A stretch of 63,782 nt of DNA, filler included, from an uncultured Methanosarcinales archaeon (lineage in GTDB: Archaea; Nanobdellota; Nanobdellia; Woesearchaeales; B54-G15), in the NCBI GenBank assembly GCA_964519225.1. It is 3 parts of 3 records of this genome, joined end to end, with 100 filler letters (N's around TTAATTAATTAA, not from the genome) between each part and the next. Parts side by side here need not be neighbours in the genome. Positions count along the whole stretch, not along the records: positions 28,117 to 55,267 come from CAZFJK010000011.1; positions 55,368 to 63,782 come from CAZFJK010000026.1; 1 more part is not named here. The stretch is one strand, 5' to 3'. Under the pieces are notes generated by a model. The model had not been told where the DNA came from, did no database searches, and worked only from the letters and a program-made list of their open reading frames with translations. The translations under genes and the position numbers were made by a program. Positions 47,323-58,300 of this stretch are shown here, in pieces (the first letter of the stretch is position 1; every line of letters starts with the position of its first letter).

Positions 47323-47813
47323 TATCATTCAAACAATCAGTCCAAAAAATCAAACAAAGCAAAGCATTCAAAGACTGGGAAGGCCAAAACAAGCAGGCTT
47401 TCTTATGCTTCGGTATGATAATCCCAGAAAAAGAAGAGTTCTGGTCCATTGGCTTTTATGATCCAGAAAAAGACGAGATTACAAATTTTATTGCCGGCAA
47501 AACCATAATCAAAGAAAAATCAGATAAAGTATTTAAAACAAAATCAATGGAGGTGCTGCCAATACAACTTAACAAACTGAAAATAAAATCAACCGATGCT
47601 CTTGAAAAAGCACAAGCGATAAGAAAGGAAAAATATTCGAATGAAACGCCAATTGAAACAATCCTCATAATTCAAAATCTTAAACCCTTTGGCCTGATCT
47701 GGAACATAACCATAGTCACGATATCGCTAACGTCAATAAACATCAAAATCAATGCAACAACAGGAGAACTACTGCAAGAAAAGAAAATATCTTTGTTTTC
47801 ATTCAAAAAATGA
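47319..47813 (+). CDS. Hypothetical protein (PepSY-like C-terminus)
   Basis: WNIT...IKINATTGELL. Confidence 0.65.
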   Translation: MISFKQSVQKIKQSKAFKDWEGQNKQAFLCFGMIIPEKEEFWSIGFYDPEKDEITNFIAGKTIIKEKSDKVFKTKSMEVLPIQLNKLKIKSTDALEKAQAIRKEKYSNETPIETILIIQNLKPFGLIWNITIVTISLTSINIKINATTGELLQEKKISLFSFKK

Positions 47814-48709
47814 AACACTCATTGAAAATCACAATTATCCTGCTCCTATTTTTCTTATCTTCACAACTGCTCGGTCTTGCAATCGTTCGCAGTTACATTG
47901 ATGTTGAAAAAACAATCGAAACAGGAACGGTTCAATGGAAACCTCTCCTAAAAGTAGGCAAAACAGAATTAATAACAAGGCCAGAAATGCAACCAAAAAC
48001 AGGTTTTCTATTCATTCTATTTGCAATACTTATCGGAACGCTTATTGTTTTCTTGATAATCAAATTGAAAAAATTTGTTCTCTGGAAAGCATGGTATTTC
48101 TTAGCTGTTATGGCATGTTTAGCAATAGCATTCAATGCCTTTATACCAACGATTATTGCGATAATCCTAGCAATTATTCTTGCATCACTTAAACTACTTA
48201 GACCAAGCATCATAATCCATAATGCAACAGAAGTTTTCGTCTACGGAGGCTTAATTGCAATATTTGCTCCAATATTCAACCTGTCCTGGGCTTCCCTGCT
48301 TTTAATCGCAATCTCAATCTATGATATCTATGCAGTATGGCGTTCAAAGCACATGATAAAACTTGCAAAGGCACAAACAAAAGCAAAGATTTTCGCAGGT
48401 CTGCTCATACCCTATAAAATGCCTGCTATGAAAACTATAAAGATCGAACACCGTCAAAAAGCAGAAAAGAAAAGAGTTAAAGCAAGGGCAGCAATCATTG
48501 GCGGTGGCGACATCGGCTTTACTTTGCTTTTCGCATCGACAATAATGAAAGAAATTGGGTTTGTCCATGCACTTATTACTGTAATCGCTGCAACAGCAGC
48601 ACTTGCATCCCTTTTCCTTCTTGGAAAAAAAGAACGCTATTATCCTGCAATGCCTTTTCTAACAGCAGGATGTTTTGCTGGATTACTACTTGGAGCATCT
48701 ATTTTTTAA
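47810..48709 (+). CDS. Presenilin/SPP-family intramembrane aspartyl protease
   Basis: IYDIYAV, GGGD and PAMP motifs; multiple TM helices. Confidence 0.9.
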   Translation: MKHSLKITIILLLFFLSSQLLGLAIVRSYIDVEKTIETGTVQWKPLLKVGKTELITRPEMQPKTGFLFILFAILIGTLIVFLIIKLKKFVLWKAWYFLAVMACLAIAFNAFIPTIIAIILAIILASLKLLRPSIIIHNATEVFVYGGLIAIFAPIFNLSWASLLLIAISIYDIYAVWRSKHMIKLAKAQTKAKIFAGLLIPYKMPAMKTIKIEHRQKAEKKRVKARAAIIGGGDIGFTLLFASTIMKEIGFVHALITVIAATAALASLFLLGKKERYYPAMPFLTAGCFAGLLLGASIF

Positions 48710-49030
48710 CTCGCGAAATATGTTCGTTAATTGCGAAAACAACATCTTACTATGATTTATTGCTTCTAATGCTATACTAAATTCCATTCGTTTTCCGTAA
48801 TATACCAACATATTTCGTTTAAATCTTAAATCATCAAAAACTCTAGATAAATCCTCTCTACCAAGATGTTCTCTCAAAAAATAACACAAGCATACATGAT
48901 TGCTTATTTTATATCCTAAAAATAAAGCAATAGCTTGAAGCGCTTCTAAAATTGAAGTGTAATAATCCTCAAATACAAAATTAACATTTTTATCTATGCA
49001 ATCAGTCCAATCTGCTGGAGCACTACTCAT
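48686..49030 (-). CDS. HEPN-domain protein, possibly shortened
   Basis: YY..ILEA..A...GYK..NH...RN..VYYG; coupled to the MNT gene. Confidence 0.75.
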   Translation of the reverse strand: MSSAPADWTDCIDKNVNFVFEDYYTSILEALQAIALFLGYKISNHVCLCYFLREHLGREDLSRVFDDLRFKRNMLVYYGKRMEFSIALEAINHSKMLFSQLTNIFRELKNRCSK

Positions 49031-49560
49031 TTGAATACCTCTAAATATCCGTTCAAAACTATACCATTTATAATACTATTCTTAAGCATCTGATTCTTTA
49101 TTTCAGCAAAGGAAACATATTTAAAAAGCTGTATGCTCCTATGCAACTTCTGCTCAAATTTTTTCAAGCTAAGAATACGCCTGCTTCGCGTTTCAACGTA
49201 GATATCAATGTCGCTATTCTCAACATCTTCCCCTTTAGAATAGGACCCAAAAAGAACAATTGTTGGGTTGCTATATTCATCGATCAAAAAATCAACCAAG
49301 CCACATTCAAAAAGTATCTTCACATTATACAGCCGTTTTTCCAATAAAAATCTTCGAGACGTTCGATTTGCTGTATAAAATTTTACTCCTCCAATCACTT
49401 CCGCCAATAAAAAATCTTCGGAAACAAGTTCTTTTAAATATCTTAAAACTGAAGGAAAAGGAAGCTTTAGACGTCTTTCTAACGCTCTCGCACGAAGTTT
49501 TTCAGTTGGATACGTAAAATAAAATTCTTTAATTTTCCCTTTGATATTTTTTCTTATCAT
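49027..49560 (-). CDS. wHTH-minimal nucleotidyltransferase (MNT antitoxin-like)
   Basis: LFGSYSKGED...SDIDI. Confidence 0.9.
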   Translation of the reverse strand: MIRKNIKGKIKEFYFTYPTEKLRARALERRLKLPFPSVLRYLKELVSEDFLLAEVIGGVKFYTANRTSRRFLLEKRLYNVKILFECGLVDFLIDEYSNPTIVLFGSYSKGEDVENSDIDIYVETRSRRILSLKKFEQKLHRSIQLFKYVSFAEIKNQMLKNSIINGIVLNGYLEVFK

Positions 49561-49612
49561 TTGATAACATAAAATATCAATCGATATTTAAAATTTACTA
49601 AAATTAAAAACT

Positions 49613-50404
49613 TTAGAACATTAATCTTCTCTGCTTGCTTCTCGCACTATAACTCAAAGGACTTATAGTCAATCCATCTCTTGCTGCAATAACTTGGCAG
49701 CGAGTTGCTCTCTGTAATTCCCTGGCTTCATAAATAGGATCAGCCTTCCACATCTTCAAACCGAAATGCGTTATTATAGTAAGTTTTGGTTTCACAATAG
49801 AAATAATTTTTTCAGCATCCTTTCTGCAAAGCATTCCTTCTGCTTTTTCATCTCCGGGCTGTTGAACATTCAATATCAAAATATCGCTGTCCTCATAACT
49901 CTTTGCAACACTTCTGCTATATTCAGTATCTGAACTGTAGCTTAGAATAAATCTATCAGTAATAAACTTCAAACCAAACCCATATGCTTTATTATTCAAC
50001 GGCAAGGTTCTTATTTCAACATCCTCTATCCCAAGCCTCTGTTCAGGATTTAAAGATATAACTCTCTCAACATTCCTTTTACTTTTATTCAGCAAAACAT
50101 TTTCAACAATCTCTTCTGTCGACACAAAAACACCCTTTTTATCAAACCCATCATAAGTCATTGCTGCAATAACCGCATTCACATCATTGAAATGAAGCAC
50201 ATCATAAACAGTAGAAAAAACAGCTGTATTTGCCCTGATATTTACTTTGCTTTTAATTGCATCAACTAAACTATTAGGTCCTGGATCAATGTGAAATTGA
50301 ATATCGCCAAGCTTTAGCACAAAACCGCCGCCGCCAAGCAAACCCTTACCAATAACAACAGCATCTCCTCCAGTACCGAGAAATATAATCTTTGCATCCA
50401 TCAT
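49613..50404 (-). CDS. Metallo-beta-lactamase fold protein (degenerate HxHxDH)
   Basis: FLGTGG, IDPGP, SDT, THFG. Confidence 0.85.
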   Translation of the reverse strand: MMDAKIIFLGTGGDAVVIGKGLLGGGGFVLKLGDIQFHIDPGPNSLVDAIKSKVNIRANTAVFSTVYDVLHFNDVNAVIAAMTYDGFDKKGVFVSTEEIVENVLLNKSKRNVERVISLNPEQRLGIEDVEIRTLPLNNKAYGFGLKFITDRFILSYSSDTEYSRSVAKSYEDSDILILNVQQPGDEKAEGMLCRKDAEKIISIVKPKLTIITHFGLKMWKADPIYEARELQRATRCQVIAARDGLTISPLSYSARSKQRRLMF

Positions 50405-50445
50405 CCAACAAAAATATTTTAAACTTAATAAATTTTTTCAAATAC

Positions 50446-50967
50446 ATGGAAATCAGAATAATAAAGGGCGATATAACAGAGCTTGATGTCGAAGCTATAG
50501 TAAACCCTGCAAATTCTTTTATGTCGATGGGTGGAGGATTAGCGCTTATAATAAAGCGAAAAGGTGGTGATGAAATAGAACGTGAAGCAAAAAGGTTCGC
50601 TCCTGTACCAGTAGGAAAAGCAATCATTACAAAAGCAGGAAAGCTTAAAGCAAAATATGTCATCCATGCACCAACAATGCACAGGCCAATGAGAATTCCA
50701 CCAGAAAATGTATATCAAGCAACAAAAGCAGCAATGAAATGCGCCATCGACTATGGTATAGAATCATTAGCAATTCCAGCTCTTGGCACTGGCGTTGGCG
50801 CAGTAACAAAAGAAGAAGCAGCTGAACAAATCATTCAAGCATTAAAAGAAATAGCAGAAAAACAAAAGCCGCAGATAGTTGTTTATCTCATAGCTTATGA
50901 CGAAGAGCAATTTAATGCATTTAACCAAGCATACAAAGAAATATCCACTAATGTTACGGCTCAATGA
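50446..50967 (+). CDS. Macro domain protein
   Basis: GDIT, AIVNPAN, GGG, VIHA, PALGTGVG. Confidence 0.93.
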   Translation: MEIRIIKGDITELDVEAIVNPANSFMSMGGGLALIIKRKGGDEIEREAKRFAPVPVGKAIITKAGKLKAKYVIHAPTMHRPMRIPPENVYQATKAAMKCAIDYGIESLAIPALGTGVGAVTKEEAAEQIIQALKEIAEKQKPQIVVYLIAYDEEQFNAFNQAYKEISTNVTAQ

Positions 50968-51904
50968 CACATATTCTCCTTTTTAAATTCCTATGAACAT
51001 AAATCTCAAACTCATCTTTCAGTTTCAACCCAGCCCTCTTAATCAGTTTTTTGTAATTAACAAAATGAGGAAAGACTATCACCGCTCTTTCCAGCAGAAT
51101 TCTTTTCAGATTAATCAAAAAATCAAAATATAATTTTTCTCTTTCGATATTAAAGGTTGAAAGCCCATAAGGCAAATCGCTAACAACATATTTATATTTT
51201 CTCTTTATCTTCCGCGCATCACCAATTACAAGCTTATAATTTTTAATACTATAGAAATCAAGATTCATTTTTGCTTTTTCTATCATTTTAGGATCAATGT
51301 CATAACCAACAACCCTTAAGCCAATCAGTCCTGCCTCAATTAGAATTCCACCAACACCGCAGAAAGGATCAAGAACGCATTTCTTAGCGCTGCATAAATT
51401 CACCAAAGCAAGAGCAAGTTTCGGCTTTAACGTTGACGGATGAAATCCTGGTCTCAAGTCAGGTCTTCTCTCAGCAAATGCGTGTTTTATTTGCATTAAC
51501 TCAATACAACAAAAACATCTTTTTCCTGCTTTTAAAACAACTATTTTTGTATCTGGATTTCCCAAATCCACCTTTGGATTTTTCAGTTTCATCCAAACAA
51601 ACTTAGCCAGTTCTTTCTCGAGCCTATGTCGAAACGCTTTAACACAAAAACTTCCTTTCATAATAGCCTTCCAATCAAATTGTTCAAATCGTTGAAACAA
51701 ATCTTGCTCATTGCATTCAAATAAAACATTATAAACATATTTTGTTAAGGCCAATCTCTTTGCTAGCTTTAGCTTTTGAGCAGAGCATCTAACTATAACG
51801 TATCCATATCCATCTAAAACACGCATTCGTTTCAAACCGAGCAAATACTTTACCTCAGCTGCAGCAAGATCGGGCCATTCTTTTGAAAGTTTAAACAAAA
51901 ACAT
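50954..51904 (-). CDS. THUMP-methyltransferase (Trm11/TrmG10-like)
   Basis: THUMP-like N-terminal half; LDPFCGVGG; DLPYG. Confidence 0.88.
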   Translation of the reverse strand: MFLFKLSKEWPDLAAAEVKYLLGLKRMRVLDGYGYVIVRCSAQKLKLAKRLALTKYVYNVLFECNEQDLFQRFEQFDWKAIMKGSFCVKAFRHRLEKELAKFVWMKLKNPKVDLGNPDTKIVVLKAGKRCFCCIELMQIKHAFAERRPDLRPGFHPSTLKPKLALALVNLCSAKKCVLDPFCGVGGILIEAGLIGLRVVGYDIDPKMIEKAKMNLDFYSIKNYKLVIGDARKIKRKYKYVVSDLPYGLSTFNIEREKLYFDFLINLKRILLERAVIVFPHFVNYKKLIKRAGLKLKDEFEIYVHRNLKRRICVIEP

Positions 51905-51999
51905 TTCACAAACGTTCGAACAGAAGTTTAAAAAATTTCTTAAACAAAACGACGGACGATAGCGAAAATTTTAATTAAAACAAAAAAATTCATTTCCAT

Positions 52000-52365
52000 A
52001 TGGAAAACAAAAAACAAAATGGCAGAAGTAGAGGCAGACCAGAGTATTCAATAATACGCGAACGCATCACAGATATTCTTTATTTCAAAGGTCCAACGCA
52101 CGGCTATGACATCTACAAAATCTATCGCGAACTGTTTGGCAAAGTTACAGCAAGAGTGATCTATTACCATCTTAAGAAAGGTCTTGCCAAAGGCATATTC
52201 AAAATAGCAAAAATAGAAAAGCAAAAAGGTGAATTTAGCTGGGGTACTGAAGCAGAACGCATCTACTATAAGCTTACAGAAAGAGCAACACCAACAGCAG
52301 ATCCAAAAATAAGAAACTACATAGAAAACATAAAACAAAAAAAGCTCGAATCAAAAGAAAAATAA
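52000..52365 (+). CDS. PadR-like winged-helix protein
   Basis: HGYDI...IYYHL...YYKL. Confidence 0.75.
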   Translation: MENKKQNGRSRGRPEYSIIRERITDILYFKGPTHGYDIYKIYRELFGKVTARVIYYHLKKGLAKGIFKIAKIEKQKGEFSWGTEAERIYYKLTERATPTADPKIRNYIENIKQKKLESKEK

Positions 52366-52366
52366 A

Positions 52367-52954
52367 ATGAGAGAATTTCTCATATTCTCGAGAACAGCAA
52401 GGACAGGCGGTAAGATAAATCCAAAACACTTATTCCAAGAAGGAAGACTCGACATAATCAGAGATTTCATTGTTGAAGCATTCTTCACAGCAAACAAAAA
52501 GCGCTCAGCTACAGTACATTGCTTTCTCTACGGCCAACCAAATCCTCCATTGCATTTAACCATAACATCATCAGCTCCAATATCAATCGATCGCACAAAA
52601 ACAGCAACGCTTATCGCGGATTTGATAGGCAAAAAGAAAAAAATCAAAGGTTGTGAAATGAAAAAAGAAAGCGTAATAGAATTCCTGACGAAAGCGTCCA
52701 GAACAAAAACAATCTATCTCCTCGATAGAAAAGGAAAACCAATCAATGAATTAAAAATTTTGCCAAACGCGATATTCTGTTTTGCAGATCATCTTGGCTT
52801 TCCAAGAAAAGAATTCAAAAGAATCTCGACTATCTCAGCAGAAACTATTTCACTTGGAAAACAAACATACTTCGCTTATCAGGCATTAACGCTACTTCAA
52901 TATTTCCTTGACAAAAAGGGGTTGGAATCAACTAGCGAATTAACAACATATTAA
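52367..52954 (+). CDS. trmY: tRNA (pseudouridine54-N1)-methyltransferase, SPOUT
   Basis: MREF...GRLDII...DHLG...ISLG. Confidence 0.8.
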   Translation: MREFLIFSRTARTGGKINPKHLFQEGRLDIIRDFIVEAFFTANKKRSATVHCFLYGQPNPPLHLTITSSAPISIDRTKTATLIADLIGKKKKIKGCEMKKESVIEFLTKASRTKTIYLLDRKGKPINELKILPNAIFCFADHLGFPRKEFKRISTISAETISLGKQTYFAYQALTLLQYFLDKKGLESTSELTTY

Positions 52955-54071
52955 AATAAGGAAAAACAAAATTCAAAACAAGTAACAGCAGCATCAATGC
53001 GCTTATATGCCTAAAAATCCTTTCACCCCTTTTGCCAAAAAACCTCTTCAAAAGCACAAATAAAATTCTTCCGCCGTCAAGAGGACCTGCAGGAAGCAAG
53101 TTAATCAACCCAATTCCGAGATTCAAATTCAACATCCACGCAAAAAGCGTAAACAGAAAAAGCAAAACAGGAGCAAACATGTGAACCTTCTTGAAATTCT
53201 GTGTTATGTAAATACCAAAGTATCCTTTTCCAGGCATATCCGGATTCTCAGCAATCTTCACATCGAATTCTCTGTCAACAGTTTTAACATGAACAACAGA
53301 ACCAGCAGAAATATTCATCATAACTTGTTTAAATTCCTCAACTGTTTTTATCCCAATGCCATTCAATCCAGTTATGACATCTCCTTCTTTGAACAGCTTT
53401 TCGGCAGGAAATCCTTTCATCACTCCCTTAACTAAAACACCGTTCACTTCAAATGCATGCCCAACAGCAGGATAAAGCAGAAAAGCAAGTAAAAGAAAGC
53501 AAAGACCCCCAACAACAAAGTTCATAACAGGTCCAGCAGCAAAAACATCAATCTGCTTTTTCCAGTTCTTTTTCTTCAACTGCTTTTCATCAGGCTCAAC
53601 AAAAGCTATAGGAAAAATAGCAAAGAATCCAAATCCAGTATTCTTTATCCTCGTCCCAATTGCTTTTCCAACAATACCATGAGCAAATTCATGAACCAAA
53701 ACCACAACAAAAATAGCAATTATTCCCTGCCAAAAAGGAATATAAACAGCACTACCCGGAATCCTTACACCAGGAATAACAAGCGAAACAGCACCAGCAG
53801 CAGCTGGATTCTTAATCAGCTTTACAAGATTCGCAGCAAGAAAGAAAACAATAACACCCATTCCAACAATGCCAAAATATCTCGAAACAACGCCAAATCC
53901 TCTAACAACACGTCCAAACTTTTTAACAACCCAGTCTATCGCTTTCAAGCCGAACTTCGTTTTGCACAAAAAAGCAATTTTATAATAAACCTTAAATTTA
54001 CGTCTAAAAATAAAAATTAATATTCCAACTACAACATAAAATAACAAAGCAGAAACCAAATTAAAATTCAT
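52932..54071 (-). CDS. Site-2 protease (M50) with PDZ domain
   Basis: HEFAH; AGP..N; NLLP..PLDGG. Confidence 0.93.
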   Translation of the reverse strand: MNFNLVSALLFYVVVGILIFIFRRKFKVYYKIAFLCKTKFGLKAIDWVVKKFGRVVRGFGVVSRYFGIVGMGVIVFFLAANLVKLIKNPAAAGAVSLVIPGVRIPGSAVYIPFWQGIIAIFVVVLVHEFAHGIVGKAIGTRIKNTGFGFFAIFPIAFVEPDEKQLKKKNWKKQIDVFAAGPVMNFVVGGLCFLLLAFLLYPAVGHAFEVNGVLVKGVMKGFPAEKLFKEGDVITGLNGIGIKTVEEFKQVMMNISAGSVVHVKTVDREFDVKIAENPDMPGKGYFGIYITQNFKKVHMFAPVLLFLFTLFAWMLNLNLGIGLINLLPAGPLDGGRILFVLLKRFFGKRGERIFRHISALMLLLLVLNFVFPYFNMLLIR

Positions 54072-54084
54072 TTTTCACCTCTTT

Positions 54085-54246
54085 TTATTTTTTCCTAACC
54101 GGTCTTAAAGCTTTACTGCCGCACTTCCTGCATTTCACCTTTCCAAGCTTTACTTTAATAGGCTGTGCTCTTATCTTACTCTTGCATTTCCTACAAACAA
54201 ATATGTTCTTAAATTTCCTTGCCTCAGCTTCAGCAAACCTTGCCAT
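54085..54246 (-). CDS. rpl40e: Ribosomal protein eL40 (not in ORF track)
   Basis: MARFAEAEARKFKNIFVCRKCKSKIRA...KCRKCGSKALRPVRKK. Confidence 0.92.
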   Translation of the reverse strand: MARFAEAEARKFKNIFVCRKCKSKIRAQPIKVKLGKVKCRKCGSKALRPVRKK

Positions 54247-54265
54247 TTTAACCCAATTAATTAGC

Positions 54266-54664
54266 TTATTCGCCTTTTACCTGCTTAATAACTTTTTGTC
54301 CTAAAATATCCCAATAAACAATCTTGCATCCTTCAACAACATCATCTTTAAGCTCTTCTGGAATATCAAGCTCAAAAGTTTCAAAAGTTTCATTGTCCAT
54401 AACAGTCGCTTTGTTACCAGCTATGCTTAAAACCTGAGCCCCCCTTTTCTCGATTATTGGAACCTCAACGTTATCACCACCAGGAATTATAACTGTCCTT
54501 TTTCTTCCATCAAGCAGCCCAACAGCTTCAATCCTATACTTAGCATGTCCGTGTTTTCCTGGCTTACTAACCTGAATGTTTGTCACTTTACATGCAGCAC
54601 CTTCAATCACGATATAACTCCCAACCTTGATTGTATTAACGCCAACTAATCTTGTTTCAGCCAT
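54266..54664 (-). CDS. eif5A: Translation factor aIF5A/eIF5A
   Basis: SKPGKHGHAK hypusine motif. Confidence 0.97.
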   Translation of the reverse strand: MAETRLVGVNTIKVGSYIVIEGAACKVTNIQVSKPGKHGHAKYRIEAVGLLDGRKRTVIIPGGDNVEVPIIEKRGAQVLSIAGNKATVMDNETFETFELDIPEELKDDVVEGCKIVYWDILGQKVIKQVKGE

Positions 54665-54696
54665 TCAAATCACCAACACCTTTTTTATTTGATTAT

Positions 54697-54918
54697 CTAT
54701 CTAACGTGTTTAGCAGCGAGCTTGATGTCGCTTCCCATCACGGTCTTTCTTCCAGCGTGTTTCGCAAGTCTTACAGCATGCCTTGCAATTTGTTCAGCAA
54801 TTTCTTCGATAGCGCTCTTCATCACCTCTTTAGCCCCATCTGAAACCCTTTCAGCTCCTTGTTTTTTCAGCACCTTTTCCATCGCCGCCAATGGAAGAAA
54901 TTTTTCAGGCATACTCAT
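54697..54918 (-). CDS. Archaeal histone
   Basis: LPLAAMEKV...GAERVS...AKHAGRKTV...DIKLA. Confidence 0.95.
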   Translation of the reverse strand: MSMPEKFLPLAAMEKVLKKQGAERVSDGAKEVMKSAIEEIAEQIARHAVRLAKHAGRKTVMGSDIKLAAKHVR

Positions 54919-54938
54919 TTATGCCAAAAAGAGTATAT

Positions 54939-55267
54939 TTAAATCTTTTGCTCTCTTAACTTTTTCTGAATAAACAATTTCAATTCCTTCTCAACCTCTT
55001 TAGCATTCCTAAACTTTTTCTCAGCCTTTGCAAATTTCTTGCTATGATATAAAGTAGTACCATCTCGTCTTAGCTTAAATTTCAACCACTTGTGCAGCAA
55101 CTCATGATACATAACGTAATCAAGTAACTTGTCAGGCGCGTCTTTAAGCAAATTACTTATTCTTATTTCGTCCTTTACAAAATCGTAACAACCAATCTGC
55201 GCTATGCTTTTTACCCATCTTAACTTCGGCATATCCAAAACACCAAAGAAATATTCTTCATTTACTC
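54939..55267 (-). CDS. SprT/M48-like Zn metallopeptidase (5'-truncated at contig end)
   Basis: YVMYHELLH...H...F. Confidence 0.8.
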
Positions 55268-55367
55268 NNNNNNNNNNNNNNNNNNNNNNNNNNNNNNNNN
55301 NNNNNNNNNNNTTAATTAATTAANNNNNNNNNNNNNNNNNNNNNNNNNNNNNNNNNNNNNNNNNNNN
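55268..55367. other. Artificial contig spacer
   Basis: N-run with TTAATTAATTAA. Confidence 0.99.
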
Positions 55368-58300
55368 GATTAGGGAAGATCCTGTTGGAGCTTATGTTAT
55401 GCTCAGGCGTGCAGCGAGAGAGGAAAGACTTGAGCTGAATAAGACGGTGAATAAAGAACATGCTGATTGTTTAAAGAAGTATATTGCCTTGCTTGATTAT
55501 CTTGTTGGGTTGCTTGATAAAACAAGATTGATTGCATTGGCAAAGCCACATTTGGTTGGTTATACTATAGGTGACAGAAGCATTTACCAGCGAATATTCA
55601 GGCCTGTGATAAAACCTGATTTTATGTTTACAAAGCTAATGGCAAGTTATCCTGCTGAGGCAGAGGCAATAGATGCTTATTATGTTGGTGAAACTGAGGT
55701 TACTATATTCAGGCTTCCAAGAACAACGCAATATCTCTATCACGTTATTCCACCCGAGTTTAAGCTGAAAGAAGATCACTATGATATACTCGATACTGCA
55801 AGAAGGATAATGGCCGAGCATAAGCCAACCAGAAAAGAATTTATTGATCCAGAAAGGATGAGGAGAGTTTTCTATAATGTTGGAAGAGACCTCCTTGGTG
55901 AATTGGCAGAGCAGAGAGGCATACTGTTAAGGGAAAAAGACCTTGATTTACTTACGCAAATTTTAGTGAGGTATACGGTTGGTTTTGGCTTGATTGAAGT
56001 TATTTTAGCTGATCAAAGGATTCAGGATATAACTATAAACAGTCCAATGGGAATGTTGCCTATGTTTGTTGTTCATGCTGATTATGGCGATTGCATGACA
56101 AACATTATTCCTACAGCAGCAGAAGCAGAAGGTTGGGCTTCCAAGCTGAGAATGATTAGCGGCAGACCACTTGATGAAGCAAATCCCATTCTTGATACTG
56201 AAATAATTTTGCCGGTTGCAAGAGCAAGAGTGTGCGTCATTGCACCACCGCTTACGCCGGTAGGCTTAGGTTATGCTTTCAGAAGGCATAGGGACAGACC
56301 TTGGACGTTGCCTTTATTTATTGCAAATAGGATGATCAATCCGCTCACCGCGGGAATTCTTAGCTTTTTGGTTGACGGAACAAGGACAATGCTCATCGCA
56401 GGAACGAGATCGGCAGGAAAGTGTGTGACTGGCGACACTTTAATTCAGCTTCCCGATGGTAGGTTGGTAGAAATAAAGGACTTGGTTGCATCGCACTCGA
56501 GAAAACAGTTTCATGATGGAGATGGAATTGTGTGCATTCCAGATTCAAACAATGTTGAGGTATTTTCTTTAGAAGATTTTAAAGTCAAGGAAAAAACAAT
56601 AAACGCATTTTGGAAGAGGAAGGTAAATCATTTAGTGCGTATTAAAACCAAATCTGGCAAGGAAATCGTCACAACGCCAGAGCATCCCTATTTTATTTTA
56701 GAAGATTTTGCATTGAAAGAGGTTTTCGCCGAAGAGCTTAGAATAGGTGCTAAAATAGCTACTCCGAGAGTTACTCGTGTAAAAGGCAGAAGCGTTCTTA
56801 TCGAACCTGACAAGAATTATGTTATCAACTCAACGAAGGATTATTTTATACTGAAAAGCACACGAGGAAAACCAGTTAGATTTCCTAAATCTATGACCGA
56901 AGATTTGGCTGAATTTTTAGGCTATCTTGTTGGCGATGGTGCGGTTTGTGAAAATAAAATTGAGTTTCACAACTCTAATAAATATTTGAGAGAACGGTAC
57001 AGAGAACTGATTAAATCTTTATTTGGAGTGGATAGTAGAGAATTTAAATCACGGACCACAATAGTTGTACAGGTAACTTCAAAAATTCTTTCTAAAATGG
57101 TGGCTGACTTGATGGGAATTAAGTTTGGAAAAAAAGCCTCTGTAATTAGTGTTCCTGAAACTATTTTGAAATCGAACAATAAGGTTCTGAGTTCATTTCT
57201 TAGGGCTTATTTCGATTGCGACGGATTTGTTGATAAAAAAAGAAGAACGGTAGAACTAAGTACCGCGAGCAGAAAAATGGCCAAGCAAATCCAACTTTCT
57301 TTATTGAGATTCGGCATTATTGTTTCATTGAAATCAAAAAAAGTCAAGCATTATAATAATGCTGTAGTTTATAGGATTTATATCCAGGGTGATGAGGTTA
57401 ATAAATTTGCTAGGAAAATTGGATTTTCACATCCAAAAAAGAAAAAGAGAATTTTATCGCTCAAACCTTCATTCGCGAATACAAATATAGATGTGATTCC
57501 TAAAGGAGGAATTTTAATAAGAGAGTTAAGGAGGAGATTACGTCTTTCTAGTAAATATATTCGTGATAAGTTAGGTAAAGATGTATGGGCATATGAGCAG
57601 ATCAAATACAATGTTCCAGTAAAGTGGTTTAGAAAAATCATAAATCTTTTTAGAGAAAGATACAAAGAGCTATTAAACTTAAATAGTTATGCTAATTTGC
57701 TTGAAGGTTATCTTGATCTTATCAAACGAAAAGATGAGTTATTCAAAAAGCTCGATTCTGCAATTGGGAAAGGAAGTTCTTATATGAAAATTTCTAAGAT
57801 TGCAAGTTTATCAGATAGAGGCTTAAGAAAAATACTGCAAAATGAAAGTAGAACTCCTTTAGTTAATTCATTTAATAAAATCGTAAATGTATCTTCACAC
57901 ATCCAGCAAGATGTTTGTTTTGATGTTTCTCAAGAAGCTATTTTTAGTGCACTTTCTATTTTTAAAGAGAAATTGAATCTTAAATTGGATGAGCTTTCAA
58001 AAGGGATATGTTGTCAAACAGTTTCCAACTATTTTAATTCAAGATTTAAGACAAATTCGCTCAGTACTTTGGAAGTTTTAATCAAAAATGTTCTTAGGAT
58101 TTATAGAGAAACGATCTCTGATGAGAATAAGCAACTTTTGGAGAAAGCATATAAGATAGCGTATGCAGATATATTTTGGGATACTGTGGTTGAAGTTGAA
58201 AAAATAACATTAAAAGATCCTGTTTGGGTTTATGATCTTAATATAGAACCTACACACAATTTTGTCGCTAACGGTATTATAGCGCATAATACATCATTTC

